DNA from: a virus
IMG/VR virus record: IMGVR_UViG_3300023179_000013
Span: 96,001-160,000 of that record
Reading direction: 5' to 3' (one strand)
DNA length: 64,000 bases
Shown in pieces: positions 33,154 to 43,962 of the stretch. Positions within the stretch are counted from its first letter, which is position 1. The number at the start of each line of letters is the position of its first letter. A model generated the notes under the pieces. It searched no databases and had not been told where the DNA came from. It saw only the letters and a program-made list of their open reading frames with translations. The translations under genes were made by a program, and so were the position numbers.

Positions 33154-33780
33154 ATGTCTACAATTAGCTTTGCTATTACAGCACACAACGAACACGTTGA
33201 ATTAAAACGTTTATTAGATCAAATTGTATCATTTATTCGTCCTGAAGATGAAATTTTAGTTCAATTAGATTCTAATTCAACTACTGAGGTACAAAACGTA
33301 GCTCAAAGTTATGGAATAGGAACCAAATATGAATATCATAGAGTATTTGCTTCATTAAATGGTGATTTTGCTTCGTTTAAAAATAATTTAAAATCACTTT
33401 GTACTCGTGATTGGGTATTTTTTATTGATGCTGATGAATATTTAAGTGATGATTTAAAAGATAATATCTATGAAATCTTGAATATGAATAAAGGACTGGT
33501 AGATGTTATTGCATTACCTCGTATTAACACAGTTGAAGGATTAACTCGCGACCACATTGATAAGTGGCGTTGGTTTGTAGACGATAATGGTTGGGTTAAT
33601 TACCCTGATTATCAGACTCGTATCTGCGCTAATAAAAAAGAAATAACGTGGATTAATAAAGTACACGAGCGTCTTACAGGTTGGAAGACAATAGCAAATT
33701 TACCTTCAGGATATGATTTAATGCATCCTAAAACGATTGATAGACAAGAAAAACAAAATAAACTTTACGAAACATTATGA
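33154..33780 (+). CDS. GT2 family glycosyltransferase
   Basis: ITAHNE, WVFFIDADE, PDYQTR, VHE. Confidence 0.85.
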   Translation: MSTISFAITAHNEHVELKRLLDQIVSFIRPEDEILVQLDSNSTTEVQNVAQSYGIGTKYEYHRVFASLNGDFASFKNNLKSLCTRDWVFFIDADEYLSDDLKDNIYEILNMNKGLVDVIALPRINTVEGLTRDHIDKWRWFVDDNGWVNYPDYQTRICANKKEITWINKVHERLTGWKTIANLPSGYDLMHPKTIDRQEKQNKLYETL

Positions 33781-34181
33781 GTAACAGAAAGTATCTCCCC
33801 ACATTAAGTGAATTAGTTGATCGCTTAAGTATTGTTCAACTTAAAGAAGTATTTATTCCTGAACATAAAGCAGAATATGCTGAAGAAATCAAAGCAATTG
33901 TGCATGACATTCAGTTATACTTAGATGAAAGTAAAGAACCAGTTACAGCAGAAACAATTCGAGCCGTTGTAGTATTATCCCAAATGAATCTTCATATTTG
34001 GCACAATGAATCTAACTACCGCAAAGGAATTAAAGATGGTAATAACCTTGAATTAACCCACGGTTTAAATGGTATTCGTAATACTGCCAAAAACAAGATT
34101 CAAGAAGTAATGGGTGGTCGTAAAGATTATAAAATTGACTGCTTGGCCGCTGAATTTAAAGATTGGGATATATCATGGTAA
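33777..34181 (+). CDS. All-helical hypothetical protein (DUF6165/DUF4254-like)
   Basis: SELVDRLSI...N..IW..E...R...N..R..K..I pattern. Confidence 0.5.
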   Translation: MSNRKYLPTLSELVDRLSIVQLKEVFIPEHKAEYAEEIKAIVHDIQLYLDESKEPVTAETIRAVVVLSQMNLHIWHNESNYRKGIKDGNNLELTHGLNGIRNTAKNKIQEVMGGRKDYKIDCLAAEFKDWDISW

Positions 34182-34576
34182 AAGTATGGGTAAATGGTTC
34201 CTTTGATGTTCTTCATTTAGGGCATCTTAAACTATTAGAATACGCTAATTCATTTGGTCGTGTTCGAGTAGGAATTGATACTGATGAACGAATCCGAGAA
34301 AAGAAAGGACCCTCTCGCCCATACAATACACTAAAAGATAGAGTAGAATTTTTATATTCTTTAAGAAGTGTAGAAGATGTTGTTATATTTGGTTCAGATG
34401 ATGAATTAATCCAACAAATTAAAGAATATAAACCTAAAATTATGGTTATAGGAAATGACTATAATTTAGAAGCAGTTATAGGAAAAGAATATATCCCTGA
34501 AATTAAATTTTTTAATAAATTACCTGGTAAATCAACCAGCAAAATTTTAAGTTATGGAAAAACCAACGGTTTGTGA
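34175..34576 (+). CDS. Cytidylyltransferase-family nucleotidyltransferase (HldE/RfaE domain II-like)
   Basis: NGSFDVLHLGH, KGPSRP, GNDY, STSKI. Confidence 0.85.
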   Translation: MVKVWVNGSFDVLHLGHLKLLEYANSFGRVRVGIDTDERIREKKGPSRPYNTLKDRVEFLYSLRSVEDVVIFGSDDELIQQIKEYKPKIMVIGNDYNLEAVIGKEYIPEIKFFNKLPGKSTSKILSYGKTNGL

Positions 34577-34925
34577 AGGTTGCAAAGTACCCAAAGGGTG
34601 GGGTGAAGAACTAATTATTGAAAATAATGAAAAATACTGTGGTAAGCTTCTTATATTCAAAGCAGGATGCAAATTCAGTATGCATTATCATTTAATTAAA
34701 GATGAAACATGGTATGTAGACAAAGGTACTTTTCTGTATAGATGGATTGATACTGAAACAGCAGAAGTACATGAAGAACATCTTAAACCAGGAAATATAG
34801 TTAGACAACGCCCTGGTCAACCACATCAGTTGGAAGCCTTAGAAGAAGGTACTATATTTGAAGTATCAACTCAACACTTTGACTCTGATTCATACCGTGT
34901 ATGGAAAGGAGATTCACAAAAATAA
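34554..34925 (+). CDS. Cupin (sugar isomerase-like)
   Basis: KGWGEE, SMHYH..KDETW, PH, EVST. Confidence 0.75.
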   Translation: MEKPTVCEGCKVPKGWGEELIIENNEKYCGKLLIFKAGCKFSMHYHLIKDETWYVDKGTFLYRWIDTETAEVHEEHLKPGNIVRQRPGQPHQLEALEEGTIFEVSTQHFDSDSYRVWKGDSQK

Positions 34926-34932
34926 ATTAATA

Positions 34933-35889
34933 ATGAAAGTAGTATACGTAACAGGCTGTTTAGGATTTATAGGCTCATATGTTACTAGGGCTTGTCTTGA
35001 AAAGGGATGGTATGTTAAAGGTATAGATAAAATAACATATGCCGCTAATAAAGAATTACTTGATGAATTTAAACAATACTCTAATTTTTCATTTGTTCAT
35101 TGCGACATCAATGATTTAAAATTTCTTTATGAATGTGACTATATCATCAATACAGCAGCTGAAACACACGTAGGTAACTCAATTGCTAATAGTGATGAAT
35201 TTGTCCATTCCAATATCAATGGTGTTCACCATTTATTAGAATTAATCAAAAATTACAGACAAGAAACATCAAAAACACCAATTCTTCTTCACTTTAGTAC
35301 AGATGAAGTATATGGTGATATTGAAGAAGGGGCTCATACTGAAACAGACCTACTCAAACCAAGCAATCCATACTCAGCAACTAAAGCTGCTGCTGATATG
35401 TTAGTATTAGCTTGGAGTAGAACATATAATTTGCCTTATATTATTGTTAGACCAACTAACAATTATGGTGTTGGGCAGTATGTTGAAAAATTAATTCCCA
35501 AAGCATGCAAATATCTTAAATTAGGAAAGAAAATTCCATTACATGATAATGGAACACCAATTCGTAACTGGTTACATGCTGCCGACACTGCTGAGGCAGT
35601 AATTGCTATTGTTGAAAGTGGGGTTAAAAACGAAATATACAATATTGCTGGTGGGTTTGAACAATCAAACTGGGATACTGTAAATAAAGTAGTAAAAGTA
35701 TATAATAATTATCTTTATTCTTATTCTGTAGAACCCTATTTAGATTTATCTTTTTCAAGGGCAGGACAAGATGTTCGTTATGCTTTAGATGATTCTAAAC
35801 TAAGAGCATTAGGTTGGAAGCCAAGAAAACAATTTGATAATGAATTACCAAGCATTATAGAATATTACAAAGAAAAATTCATTTGGTAA
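34933..35889 (+). CDS. rmlB: dTDP-glucose 4,6-dehydratase
   Basis: TGCLGFIG, DKITYA, AAETHV, STDEVYG, PYSATKA, RNWLH; ATG at 34933. Confidence 0.9.
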   Translation: MKVVYVTGCLGFIGSYVTRACLEKGWYVKGIDKITYAANKELLDEFKQYSNFSFVHCDINDLKFLYECDYIINTAAETHVGNSIANSDEFVHSNINGVHHLLELIKNYRQETSKTPILLHFSTDEVYGDIEEGAHTETDLLKPSNPYSATKAAADMLVLAWSRTYNLPYIIVRPTNNYGVGQYVEKLIPKACKYLKLGKKIPLHDNGTPIRNWLHAADTAEAVIAIVESGVKNEIYNIAGGFEQSNWDTVNKVVKVYNNYLYSYSVEPYLDLSFSRAGQDVRYALDDSKLRALGWKPRKQFDNELPSIIEYYKEKFIW

Positions 35890-36440
35890 TGAAATATCAA
35901 TCCCATCCTATATTTCCAGAAGTAATAATTTTTACTCCAAATGTATATTTTGATGAACGTGGATATTTTTTAGAATCATTCAATCAAAACATAAAGGATA
36001 TTCTTAAGGTTGATTTCCCTCAGGATAATCATTCAAAATCTCACAGATATGTTTTTAGAGGTTTACACTACCATTATAACAAACCAATGGGTAAACTTTT
36101 AAGAGTGGTGAGTGGAAATGGAATTGGTGTAATATTAGATATTAGAAAAAATTCCCCAACATATTCTAAATATGCTTTGATTGGATTAAATGATACTGAT
36201 AATAATATATTATGGACACCCCCCGGATTTGCTCAGGGGTTTTTATCTTTAGAAAATAATACCCATTTGTGTTATAAATGTACCACTGTTAGAAATGCTC
36301 AATATGAAGGAACAATTCATGTATTTGATCCAGAATTAAAAATAGATTTGGGATTAAACAGAAATAGTATTATATTGTCAGATAAAGATAAAAACGCTGA
36401 TTCTTTCGAAACGTATAACAATAATCCTAAATTTATATGA
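35889..36440 (+). CDS. rmlC: dTDP-4-dehydrorhamnose 3,5-epimerase family
   Basis: DERGYFLE, QDNHSKS, RGLHY, DIRKNSPT, SDKD; canonical FAHG appears as FAQG. Confidence 0.85.
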   Translation: MKYQSHPIFPEVIIFTPNVYFDERGYFLESFNQNIKDILKVDFPQDNHSKSHRYVFRGLHYHYNKPMGKLLRVVSGNGIGVILDIRKNSPTYSKYALIGLNDTDNNILWTPPGFAQGFLSLENNTHLCYKCTTVRNAQYEGTIHVFDPELKIDLGLNRNSIILSDKDKNADSFETYNNNPKFI

Positions 36441-36958
36441 TAAAATTATCAAACGGAAAAGGACAATTAGGTGATAAATTAAAAGAAAAATTTAAAGATT
36501 ACAATGTAGAAACAGATGTAACTATTTATCATACCTGGAAAGTCCCTCATTTGTATGAACCTAAACCGGGAGAAGAGGAATCAATACAGAAAAATGAATA
36601 TTTAAAATTAGTTGAGTTTTCAAAAAACAATCCTGATACTAAAATTATTTTTATTTCAACTAACTCAAATAGGCCTACTATCTATACTTACTACAAAGAA
36701 TTAGCAGAAGCTTATCTTTTATTAAATCATAAGTCTTGTGTTATATTAAAATTTCCTGTTTTTATAGGAAAAGGAATATTACCTAAATTAAAATCAGGTG
36801 AATTAAAACCATATGGGGTAACAGAAATAATTACTTTAGATAAAGTAGTAAACGCTATTGAAGAATTCATATCATATGATGGTTTAAAAAGAGTATTTAC
36901 AATAGAAGGAGAAAAAATAGAGGCAAAAACTATAGTAGAAATATTAAAAGTACAATGA
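36437..36958 (+). CDS. Truncated RmlD-like SDR reductase
   Basis: GKGQLG, IFIST, YTYYK; only 173 aa. Confidence 0.55.
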   Translation: MIKLSNGKGQLGDKLKEKFKDYNVETDVTIYHTWKVPHLYEPKPGEEESIQKNEYLKLVEFSKNNPDTKIIFISTNSNRPTIYTYYKELAEAYLLLNHKSCVILKFPVFIGKGILPKLKSGELKPYGVTEIITLDKVVNAIEEFISYDGLKRVFTIEGEKIEAKTIVEILKVQ

Positions 36959-37869
36959 TTACTAAAGTTACATATCATATAATGCCGTGGGAAATTGATT
37001 ATGCTCTTACGTCATTTATTCAATTTAAAAAGTCTAAATATTATCTTCAAAAAGAAGATAAAGTTAAAATAGATTCATTCCTTAATTTATCTAATTATCT
37101 GATTGATTGGGATAAAAGTAAATTACCTAAAGAATTTTTTATTCAAAAATATAAAGACTTATCTAATCTACTTATTGATTATGATCACACTCCTTTCATA
37201 TATGAAGGAGATGAAGTGTTTGGTATATTAGATAAGCAAAGAATGGCATATGATTCTGAAGTAGATTACTACGTTGAATTATGCCCAGACATGTATTTCA
37301 GCGAGACATTACTTGCTTCATTAATAGAGGCAGCTAAAGTAATACCTAATAAATATTTTGCAATAACCCCACAATTATACAAAATGTGGGACTGGACGTG
37401 GGATGTATTGGTAGCTGATAGACACATGAATGTACCTTATGATCAATGGGATAAAGCAGATTTATTCGATATTAGATGGGATTTTAAAAACACCGGACTA
37501 GAAAGACAACTTAAAACATCCCCAGTAAGTAAATGGTGTAATTGGTTTGATTTATACAACAAAGCATTTTATGAAGAAATGATTCCAGTACATGATGATT
37601 GGCATGGATATGGCCCTGGAGACACATATGGAATGATAATATCTGAATATGCTAAAAGCAAAGGAGCCGACTTTCAGCAATATATCTTAGAAGGTGAACT
37701 TATATTCGAATACCCAATAGGGCCACTTAAACAACGAAATTGGACTAGTGTTTATAGAGATATGATTGTAACCAAAGATGTTCCTAATCAAAGACAAGCA
37801 TTTGAGGCAAAGTTTAATCATTATATTAATAAAGGAATTCAACAATTAATTGATAAAAAGATTATCTGA
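36955..37869 (+). CDS. Putative GT-A glycosyltransferase
   Basis: LCPD, WHGYGPGD; cluster context. Confidence 0.5.
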   Translation: MITKVTYHIMPWEIDYALTSFIQFKKSKYYLQKEDKVKIDSFLNLSNYLIDWDKSKLPKEFFIQKYKDLSNLLIDYDHTPFIYEGDEVFGILDKQRMAYDSEVDYYVELCPDMYFSETLLASLIEAAKVIPNKYFAITPQLYKMWDWTWDVLVADRHMNVPYDQWDKADLFDIRWDFKNTGLERQLKTSPVSKWCNWFDLYNKAFYEEMIPVHDDWHGYGPGDTYGMIISEYAKSKGADFQQYILEGELIFEYPIGPLKQRNWTSVYRDMIVTKDVPNQRQAFEAKFNHYINKGIQQLIDKKII

Positions 37870-38738
37870 TGAAAATATTTTCTAATTTTAGACCTGAAGA
37901 TAGTCCTGTATATGATGGGTTAAAGGCATTAAATAAACCTATTACCTTTTTTTATGATTATGTTCCTCAAAATATAGAACAACTTCAAATTAATCCTTAT
38001 AATTTCATAATGCTCCATGAACCCAATGAATTCTTTGGAATGCATACCTGGGTTCTCAATAATTATCATTTATTTAATGGAGTATTAACATGGAATGAAG
38101 AATTATTAAATAAATGCCCTAATGCTATCTTATTTCACCATATTGGAGAAGGAGGATGTGGAATGAAAGCAAATAACTATTTAGAAGAATTTAATATAGA
38201 ATATCCTAATAAATCATTTAACGTAAGTTATTTAAGCGGAGCTAAATCATTAGTTGAGGGACACAAATTAAGACAAGAAATATATAAAATAGGAGACCAA
38301 ATTAGTATTCCTAAAAAATGGTTCTATACGTTAGATGATTTTAATAAAGAAAATTTTGAAAAAGGAGGAGTTGGACGCCCTGATAATATTTGGCCCTCTA
38401 AAAAAATATGTTATATTGATACCATGTTTAGCATTAGTGTAGAGAATATTAAAGCAAACAATTGGTACACAGAAAAAATCACAGATGCCTTTGCTACTAA
38501 AACAGTTCCTATTTTTTGGGGATGTCCCAATTTGGGGGAATTAGGATATGATGAAAGAGGAATTTTAAGATTTGAAACTATCCCTGAACTTATATCCATG
38601 ATAAATTCTCTCACCCCAGAAATGTATTATGATAGAATACCTTATATAGAACACAATTGTGAAATTATAAAACACCATCGAGTTAAAGATAAATTGGAAA
38701 ATTTCTTTAAAGAAATAATTGAACTCAACAATCTTTAA
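37869..38738 (+). CDS. GT10 (fucosyltransferase-like) glycosyltransferase
   Basis: FSISVEN...WYTEKI.DAF...TVPIFWGCPN. Confidence 0.75.
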   Translation: MKIFSNFRPEDSPVYDGLKALNKPITFFYDYVPQNIEQLQINPYNFIMLHEPNEFFGMHTWVLNNYHLFNGVLTWNEELLNKCPNAILFHHIGEGGCGMKANNYLEEFNIEYPNKSFNVSYLSGAKSLVEGHKLRQEIYKIGDQISIPKKWFYTLDDFNKENFEKGGVGRPDNIWPSKKICYIDTMFSISVENIKANNWYTEKITDAFATKTVPIFWGCPNLGELGYDERGILRFETIPELISMINSLTPEMYYDRIPYIEHNCEIIKHHRVKDKLENFFKEIIELNNL

Positions 38739-38777
38739 TAGATACTTATATATTTATATCAAACAATTAAATAGACT

Positions 38778-39716
38778 ATGAAAAAAGTTTTGATCACTGG
38801 TGGGGCCGGTTACTTAGGCTCCGTTTTAACAGAAGTATTAATTAATAAAGGGTATAAGGTTACAGTAATAGATAACCTTATTTATAAGCAAACATCTGTT
38901 GCTCCCTTTACGTACCATCCTAATTTTGAATTTGTGTTAGGTGATGTAACTAATGAATCACAACTCAAATCATTAGTAGAAAAACATGACGTAATTATTC
39001 CATTAGCTGCTATTGTGGGTATGCCTGCTTGTAAAGCGCAACCTGAATTAACAATTAAAGTCAACTATGAGCAAGTAAGAAATATTACTCAGTGGGTTAC
39101 TAAAGACCAAATGGTATTAATTCCTAATACTAATAGCCAATACGGTTCATCAACAGAAATCATTACTGAAGATTCACCATTTAAACCACTTTCATTATAT
39201 GCTGAAACAAAATGTGATGCTGAAAAAGCAGTATTAGATTCAGGTAATGGTATTGCATTGCGTTTGGCAACAGTATTTGGTATGTCGTATCGTATGAGAA
39301 TGGATTTATTAGTTAATGACTTTGTTTATAAAGCAGTAACAGATGGTTATTTAGTATTATTTGAATCGCATTTTATTCGTAACTATATTCACGTTAGAGA
39401 CATTGCTAATACATTTTTATTCATGATTGAAAATTATGATAGGTGTAATAACAATGCATTTAATGTTGGTTTAACATCTGCTAATTGCACTAAATTAGAA
39501 TTAGCTAAAAAAATTCAGCAGTTTGTTCCTGATTTGGTTATTGTAGAAAATAATTTCAAACAAGATTTCGATCAGAGAAACTATATGGTTTCAAATGCTA
39601 AATTAGAATCATTTGGTTGGCAACCTCAATATACACTTGAAGATGGTATTCAAGAATTAGTTAAAGGATACCAATTGATTACTAAATTTAAAAATAAAGA
39701 TTTTACAAACCTATGA
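38778..39716 (+). CDS. NAD-dependent epimerase/dehydratase
   Basis: TGGAGYLG, YAETK, LRLATVFG.S.RMR.DL.VN. Confidence 0.85.
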   Translation: MKKVLITGGAGYLGSVLTEVLINKGYKVTVIDNLIYKQTSVAPFTYHPNFEFVLGDVTNESQLKSLVEKHDVIIPLAAIVGMPACKAQPELTIKVNYEQVRNITQWVTKDQMVLIPNTNSQYGSSTEIITEDSPFKPLSLYAETKCDAEKAVLDSGNGIALRLATVFGMSYRMRMDLLVNDFVYKAVTDGYLVLFESHFIRNYIHVRDIANTFLFMIENYDRCNNNAFNVGLTSANCTKLELAKKIQQFVPDLVIVENNFKQDFDQRNYMVSNAKLESFGWQPQYTLEDGIQELVKGYQLITKFKNKDFTNL

Positions 39717-41239
39717 TAGACATTTTATTTATATCACCAGGCAATGCTGAAGGTATTTATCAAAATTTAGCTGATAATTATGCTGCTATTGAACCACCTA
39801 CTTGGGCATTATTGTTAGCCCAATCATGTCGTTCAATAGGACATACTGTTGCTCTTATAGATGCTAATGCTGAACAATTAGGTAAAGAGGAAGTAGAAAG
39901 AAGAATAAAAGAATTAAATCCACGTTTAATTTGCTTTGTAGTTTATGGACAAAACGTAAATGCAGGTACAGTTAATATGGGAGGAGCTACTTACTTATCT
40001 AAACACTTAAAAGAAATAGGTATTACTACTCCTATTGCTTATATAGGTTCTTATGTTCAAGCTGTTCCTATTAAGGCACTTAAAGATGAATCTTCAATTG
40101 ATTTCTTATTTACAAATGAAGGTGTGTATGCTTTAAGAAATGTATTAGCATTAGATAATATTGATATTAATAATTTATCTGATATTAAAGGCATTGCTTG
40201 GAGAAAAGAAGGAGTACCTACAATCAATAAAGCAGAAAAAGTAGTACCAAACGAGAGAATGGATATTGACCTCCCAGGTTATGCTTGGGACTTACTTCCA
40301 ATAAAAGAAAAACCACTTGATTTATATCGTGCTCCTATGTGGCATGCCGAATACGATCAAAATAAACGCTCCCCTTATGCTGCAATCCAAACATCATTAG
40401 GTTGTCAATTTGGATGTGAGTTCTGTATGATTAACATTCTAAATAGAAATGATGAAGATGAAATTGGGGTAGCAGGAAATTATAGTAATATGCGTTATTG
40501 GTCTCCTGAATTTATTATTGGTGAATTTGATAAATTAGTAGAATTAGGAGTTCATACAATTAAGATTACGGATGAAATGTTCTTATTGAATAGAAAATAT
40601 TATGTTCCATTCTGTGAATTACTTAGAGATAGAGGATATGGTAAATTCCTTAGAATGTGGGCTTATTCAAGAGTAGATACTGTTCGTCGCCCTGATTTAC
40701 TTAAATTAGTAAGAGAAGCCGGTATTAAATGGTTAGCCTTAGGAATTGAAAGTGCTGATAAGTTAGTTCGTCTTGAAGTATCTAAAGGTAAATTTGAAGA
40801 TGTAGATATTACTCAAGTAATTCAACAAGTACATGATGCTGATATTGAGGTAATGGCTAATTACATCTTTGGCCTACCAGGAGATACACAAGAATCAATG
40901 CAAAAAACTTTGGAATTTTCAAAAGAACTATGTACCTTCGGATGGAATGCATATGCAGCAATGGCGCTGCCTGGTAGTCAGTTATATAAAAATGCTGTTA
41001 TGAATGGAATCCCATTACCTGATACTTATGAAGGTTATTCATTTCATGGTTATGATACATTACCATTACCTACTGATACCTTAAGTGCTGCTGAAATATT
41101 AACGTTTAGAGATAAAGCGTTTAATGAATATCATTCATATCCTCCATTTTTAGAAAAAGTAAAAACTAAGTTTGGTCAAATAGCAGTTGATAATATTAAT
41201 GAAATGTTGAAAGTCAAACTGAAAAGAAAAATTTTATGA
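39713..41239 (+). CDS. Cobalamin-binding radical SAM protein (class B methyltransferase-like)
   Basis: N-terminal B12-binding-like domain, SLGCQFGCEFC, LGIES, YIFGLPGDT. Confidence 0.85.
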   Translation: MIDILFISPGNAEGIYQNLADNYAAIEPPTWALLLAQSCRSIGHTVALIDANAEQLGKEEVERRIKELNPRLICFVVYGQNVNAGTVNMGGATYLSKHLKEIGITTPIAYIGSYVQAVPIKALKDESSIDFLFTNEGVYALRNVLALDNIDINNLSDIKGIAWRKEGVPTINKAEKVVPNERMDIDLPGYAWDLLPIKEKPLDLYRAPMWHAEYDQNKRSPYAAIQTSLGCQFGCEFCMINILNRNDEDEIGVAGNYSNMRYWSPEFIIGEFDKLVELGVHTIKITDEMFLLNRKYYVPFCELLRDRGYGKFLRMWAYSRVDTVRRPDLLKLVREAGIKWLALGIESADKLVRLEVSKGKFEDVDITQVIQQVHDADIEVMANYIFGLPGDTQESMQKTLEFSKELCTFGWNAYAAMALPGSQLYKNAVMNGIPLPDTYEGYSFHGYDTLPLPTDTLSAAEILTFRDKAFNEYHSYPPFLEKVKTKFGQIAVDNINEMLKVKLKRKIL

Positions 41240-42462
41240 AACTAAATATATTTCCTAATACCCACCCAAATAATCCAAATACTTGGGCTTATCATCCATA
41301 CTATAAAAATATGTATAATGATTCCCCAGAAGATATTGACTTTGTTGAAGAATATGATGACAAGCAGGATTTATCTAAATATGATGAATTTATCCAAGAA
41401 TTTAAATCTAGATGTATTAAAAGTGGAATTTCAGAGGAAAACATTAATACATATTTAAATTCTACTAATATAGAACTTAGTAAAAAGATGAAAAACGGAA
41501 TACCTGTTTGGGTATCTACTATTCCTCTTTATTTTGGTCCGAATGATTGGATAATTGAAATAGAAGACTGTTGGAGTTTATTTTATCCGTTTCATGGAAA
41601 TGCCGAAAATGCGGATTATGACTTAACTGATTCTAATTGGTTGGTAAAAATATTAAGAGTTTTATTTGAAATGGATAATTGTAAACAAATATTAACCCAC
41701 ATAAAAGATTCAATTAATTTTATCGATGTAGTATTTGGAGAAAAAGTATTAGGAAAAACAAGTTTCTTACAACAGTCTGTAGATATTCCTGATGAAGAAG
41801 TAAAACTATATAAAAAAACAGATAAACATACTGTGTTTTTATTTCATGGGGGATCTGTTCACACACCTGAACACTTTTTTCTTAGAGGTGGCTTAGAAAC
41901 ACTACAGGCTTTTATAAACGCATATGAAATAAATAAAAATATACATTTAAACGTAGTTTATGATGTTAATGTATTACATGATAGTATTACATCACTCATG
42001 AGAAAACATCCGGGTATTACCTATTTTGACCAATGGCAAACAGATGAACAAATGAAAATTCATAGACAACAAGCAGATGTGTTTGTAGTACCAGCATATA
42101 GAATACATTGTATGTCAACCCTAATGTCTATGGCAAGAGGAAATCCTGTAATTTGTTCAGATGGATGGGGATTTGCTGAATATATATATGATAATTATAC
42201 AGGCATTATTACTAAAGGACAAAAATGCTCATGGAATGACGAAAAAGGAATTTTTAGAGAAAGTTATAAATTAGGAAGAGGAATTATCCAGCAAGATCTA
42301 ATGAAAAATATAGAAAAAGCAATGTTAAAATTATCTACAAATTTAAATTTGTATAATAATATGAGAATGAATTGTATTAATGAATATTACAAAAACTATA
42401 CAAATAATACAAGAAATCAAGTTCTATCTAGTATCATAAATAATCTAACTTTTACAAAATAA
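41236..42462 (+). CDS. Divergent GT-B glycosyltransferase
   Basis: ADVFVVP...SMARGNPVICSD...EYI. Confidence 0.65.
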   Translation: MKLNIFPNTHPNNPNTWAYHPYYKNMYNDSPEDIDFVEEYDDKQDLSKYDEFIQEFKSRCIKSGISEENINTYLNSTNIELSKKMKNGIPVWVSTIPLYFGPNDWIIEIEDCWSLFYPFHGNAENADYDLTDSNWLVKILRVLFEMDNCKQILTHIKDSINFIDVVFGEKVLGKTSFLQQSVDIPDEEVKLYKKTDKHTVFLFHGGSVHTPEHFFLRGGLETLQAFINAYEINKNIHLNVVYDVNVLHDSITSLMRKHPGITYFDQWQTDEQMKIHRQQADVFVVPAYRIHCMSTLMSMARGNPVICSDGWGFAEYIYDNYTGIITKGQKCSWNDEKGIFRESYKLGRGIIQQDLMKNIEKAMLKLSTNLNLYNNMRMNCINEYYKNYTNNTRNQVLSSIINNLTFTK

Positions 42463-42469
42463 TAAAAAC

Positions 42470-43072
42470 ATGGCTAAATATACTGCAGATGAATTGATCA
42501 CTTTTGAAGAAGACATAGCAGATTGTTTTAATAATGCTATGATTAAAGCTCCTATCCATTTATATTATGGAAATGAAGAGCAAATGATCAATATATTTGA
42601 AAAAGTACAACCTGAAGACTGGGTATTTTGTACTTGGCGCTCACATTATCAATGTTTACTCAAAGGTGTACCTCAAGAACAGGTAAAAAAAGATATATTA
42701 GAAGGTAAATCTATTACTCTTTGTTATCCTGAATATAATGTATACTCTTCAGCTATTGTAACAGGTAATATTCCTATTGCAACAGGTACGGCGTTGGATA
42801 TTAAACGTAAAGGTCAAACTAATCATGTTTGGTGTTTTGTAGGTGATATGACATCTGAAACAGGTACTTTCTTTGAAAACTGGAAGTATGCAATCAATCA
42901 TGATTTGCCTATTACCTATGTAATTGAAGATAATAGCAAATCAGTTTGTACTGTTACTAGAGAAGTATGGAATAGTGAGTTATACTTTAAAAACGAAACA
43001 AGAAAAATAATTTATTATCAATACGAAACCAAGTATCCTCATGCTGGTGCCGGTAAACGAATTCAATTTTAA
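42470..43072 (+). CDS. TPP-dependent E1-alpha-like subunit (truncated)
   Basis: HLYYGNE, TWRSH, SAIV, GDM...EDN TPP-binding motif. Confidence 0.8.
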   Translation: MAKYTADELITFEEDIADCFNNAMIKAPIHLYYGNEEQMINIFEKVQPEDWVFCTWRSHYQCLLKGVPQEQVKKDILEGKSITLCYPEYNVYSSAIVTGNIPIATGTALDIKRKGQTNHVWCFVGDMTSETGTFFENWKYAINHDLPITYVIEDNSKSVCTVTREVWNSELYFKNETRKIIYYQYETKYPHAGAGKRIQF

Positions 43073-43075
43073 TAT

Positions 43076-43612
43076 ATGAAGTATTTTGATGAATTAAAAC
43101 GCTCAATGGATTGGCTTAATGAAAAGCCAGATACATTTTTTCTAGGACAAGCAGTAACATATGCTGGTACAGCTATGACTAATACAGTTAAAGATGTTAA
43201 TCCTTCTAAAATGTTAGAAATGCCAGTAAATGAGGATATGCAAATGGGAATGACGATTGGAATGGCATTAAATGGTACTGTACCTATTTCAATTTATCCT
43301 CGTTGGAATTTCTTATTGTTAGCTGCTAATCAGGTAGTTAATCATTTGGATAAAATAAAAATAATGTCTGGTGGTGGATACACACCTAAAGTAATTATTA
43401 GAACATCAATTGGCTCACAACGTCCCTTACATCCACAACATCAACACATTGCTGATTTTACTGCTGGATTCAAGGCAATGTGTGATTGGGTTGATATCAT
43501 TAGATTAGATGAACCACACCAAATCTTTGAAGCATTTCAATATGCTTATGAAAGAACAGACAACCGCCCTACAATTTTAGTTGAATGGGGTGATTATTAT
43601 GGAGAAAAATAA
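43076..43612 (+). CDS. TPP-dependent E1-beta/transketolase pyrimidine-binding subunit (truncated)
   Basis: EMPVNE...G..IG.A..G, HPQH; lacks the C-terminal domain. Confidence 0.8.
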   Translation: MKYFDELKRSMDWLNEKPDTFFLGQAVTYAGTAMTNTVKDVNPSKMLEMPVNEDMQMGMTIGMALNGTVPISIYPRWNFLLLAANQVVNHLDKIKIMSGGGYTPKVIIRTSIGSQRPLHPQHQHIADFTAGFKAMCDWVDIIRLDEPHQIFEAFQYAYERTDNRPTILVEWGDYYGEK

Positions 43613-43617
43613 AAACA

Positions 43618-43962
43618 ATGAATTATAAAGAAACAAGACCTTGGGGTGAATTTGAAAATTTATTAGATGCAGAATATTGCAAAGTAAAACAAATCATCAT
43701 TAAACCAGGACAAGCTCCTAGTTATCAATACCATTTTAAACGTAGTGAAGTATGGGTTGTAGTTCAGGGAGAAGGAGAATTGAAAATAAATGATGAAATA
43801 CAATCTGTAAGAAAATGGGATGCTATTATAGTTCCTGTAGAAGCAAAACACCAAATTAAAAACACAGGTACTGAGGATCTTATTTTTATTGAAGTACAAT
43901 TAGGTGAATATTTTGGAGAAGATGATATAGTACGTTTAGAAGATAATTATGGCAGAGTATAA
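43618..43962 (+). CDS. Type II mannose-6-phosphate isomerase cupin
   Basis: RPWG, SYQYHFKRSEVW, IEVQLGEYFGEDDIVRLEDNYGR. Confidence 0.88.
   Translation: MNYKETRPWGEFENLLDAEYCKVKQIIIKPGQAPSYQYHFKRSEVWVVVQGEGELKINDEIQSVRKWDAIIVPVEAKHQIKNTGTEDLIFIEVQLGEYFGEDDIVRLEDNYGRV

Noticed and set aside
42470-43612. Pyruvate dehydrogenase as a central-metabolism auxiliary gene
   Set aside because: Both subunits are truncated, no E2/E3 is present, and they are embedded among NDP-sugar genes
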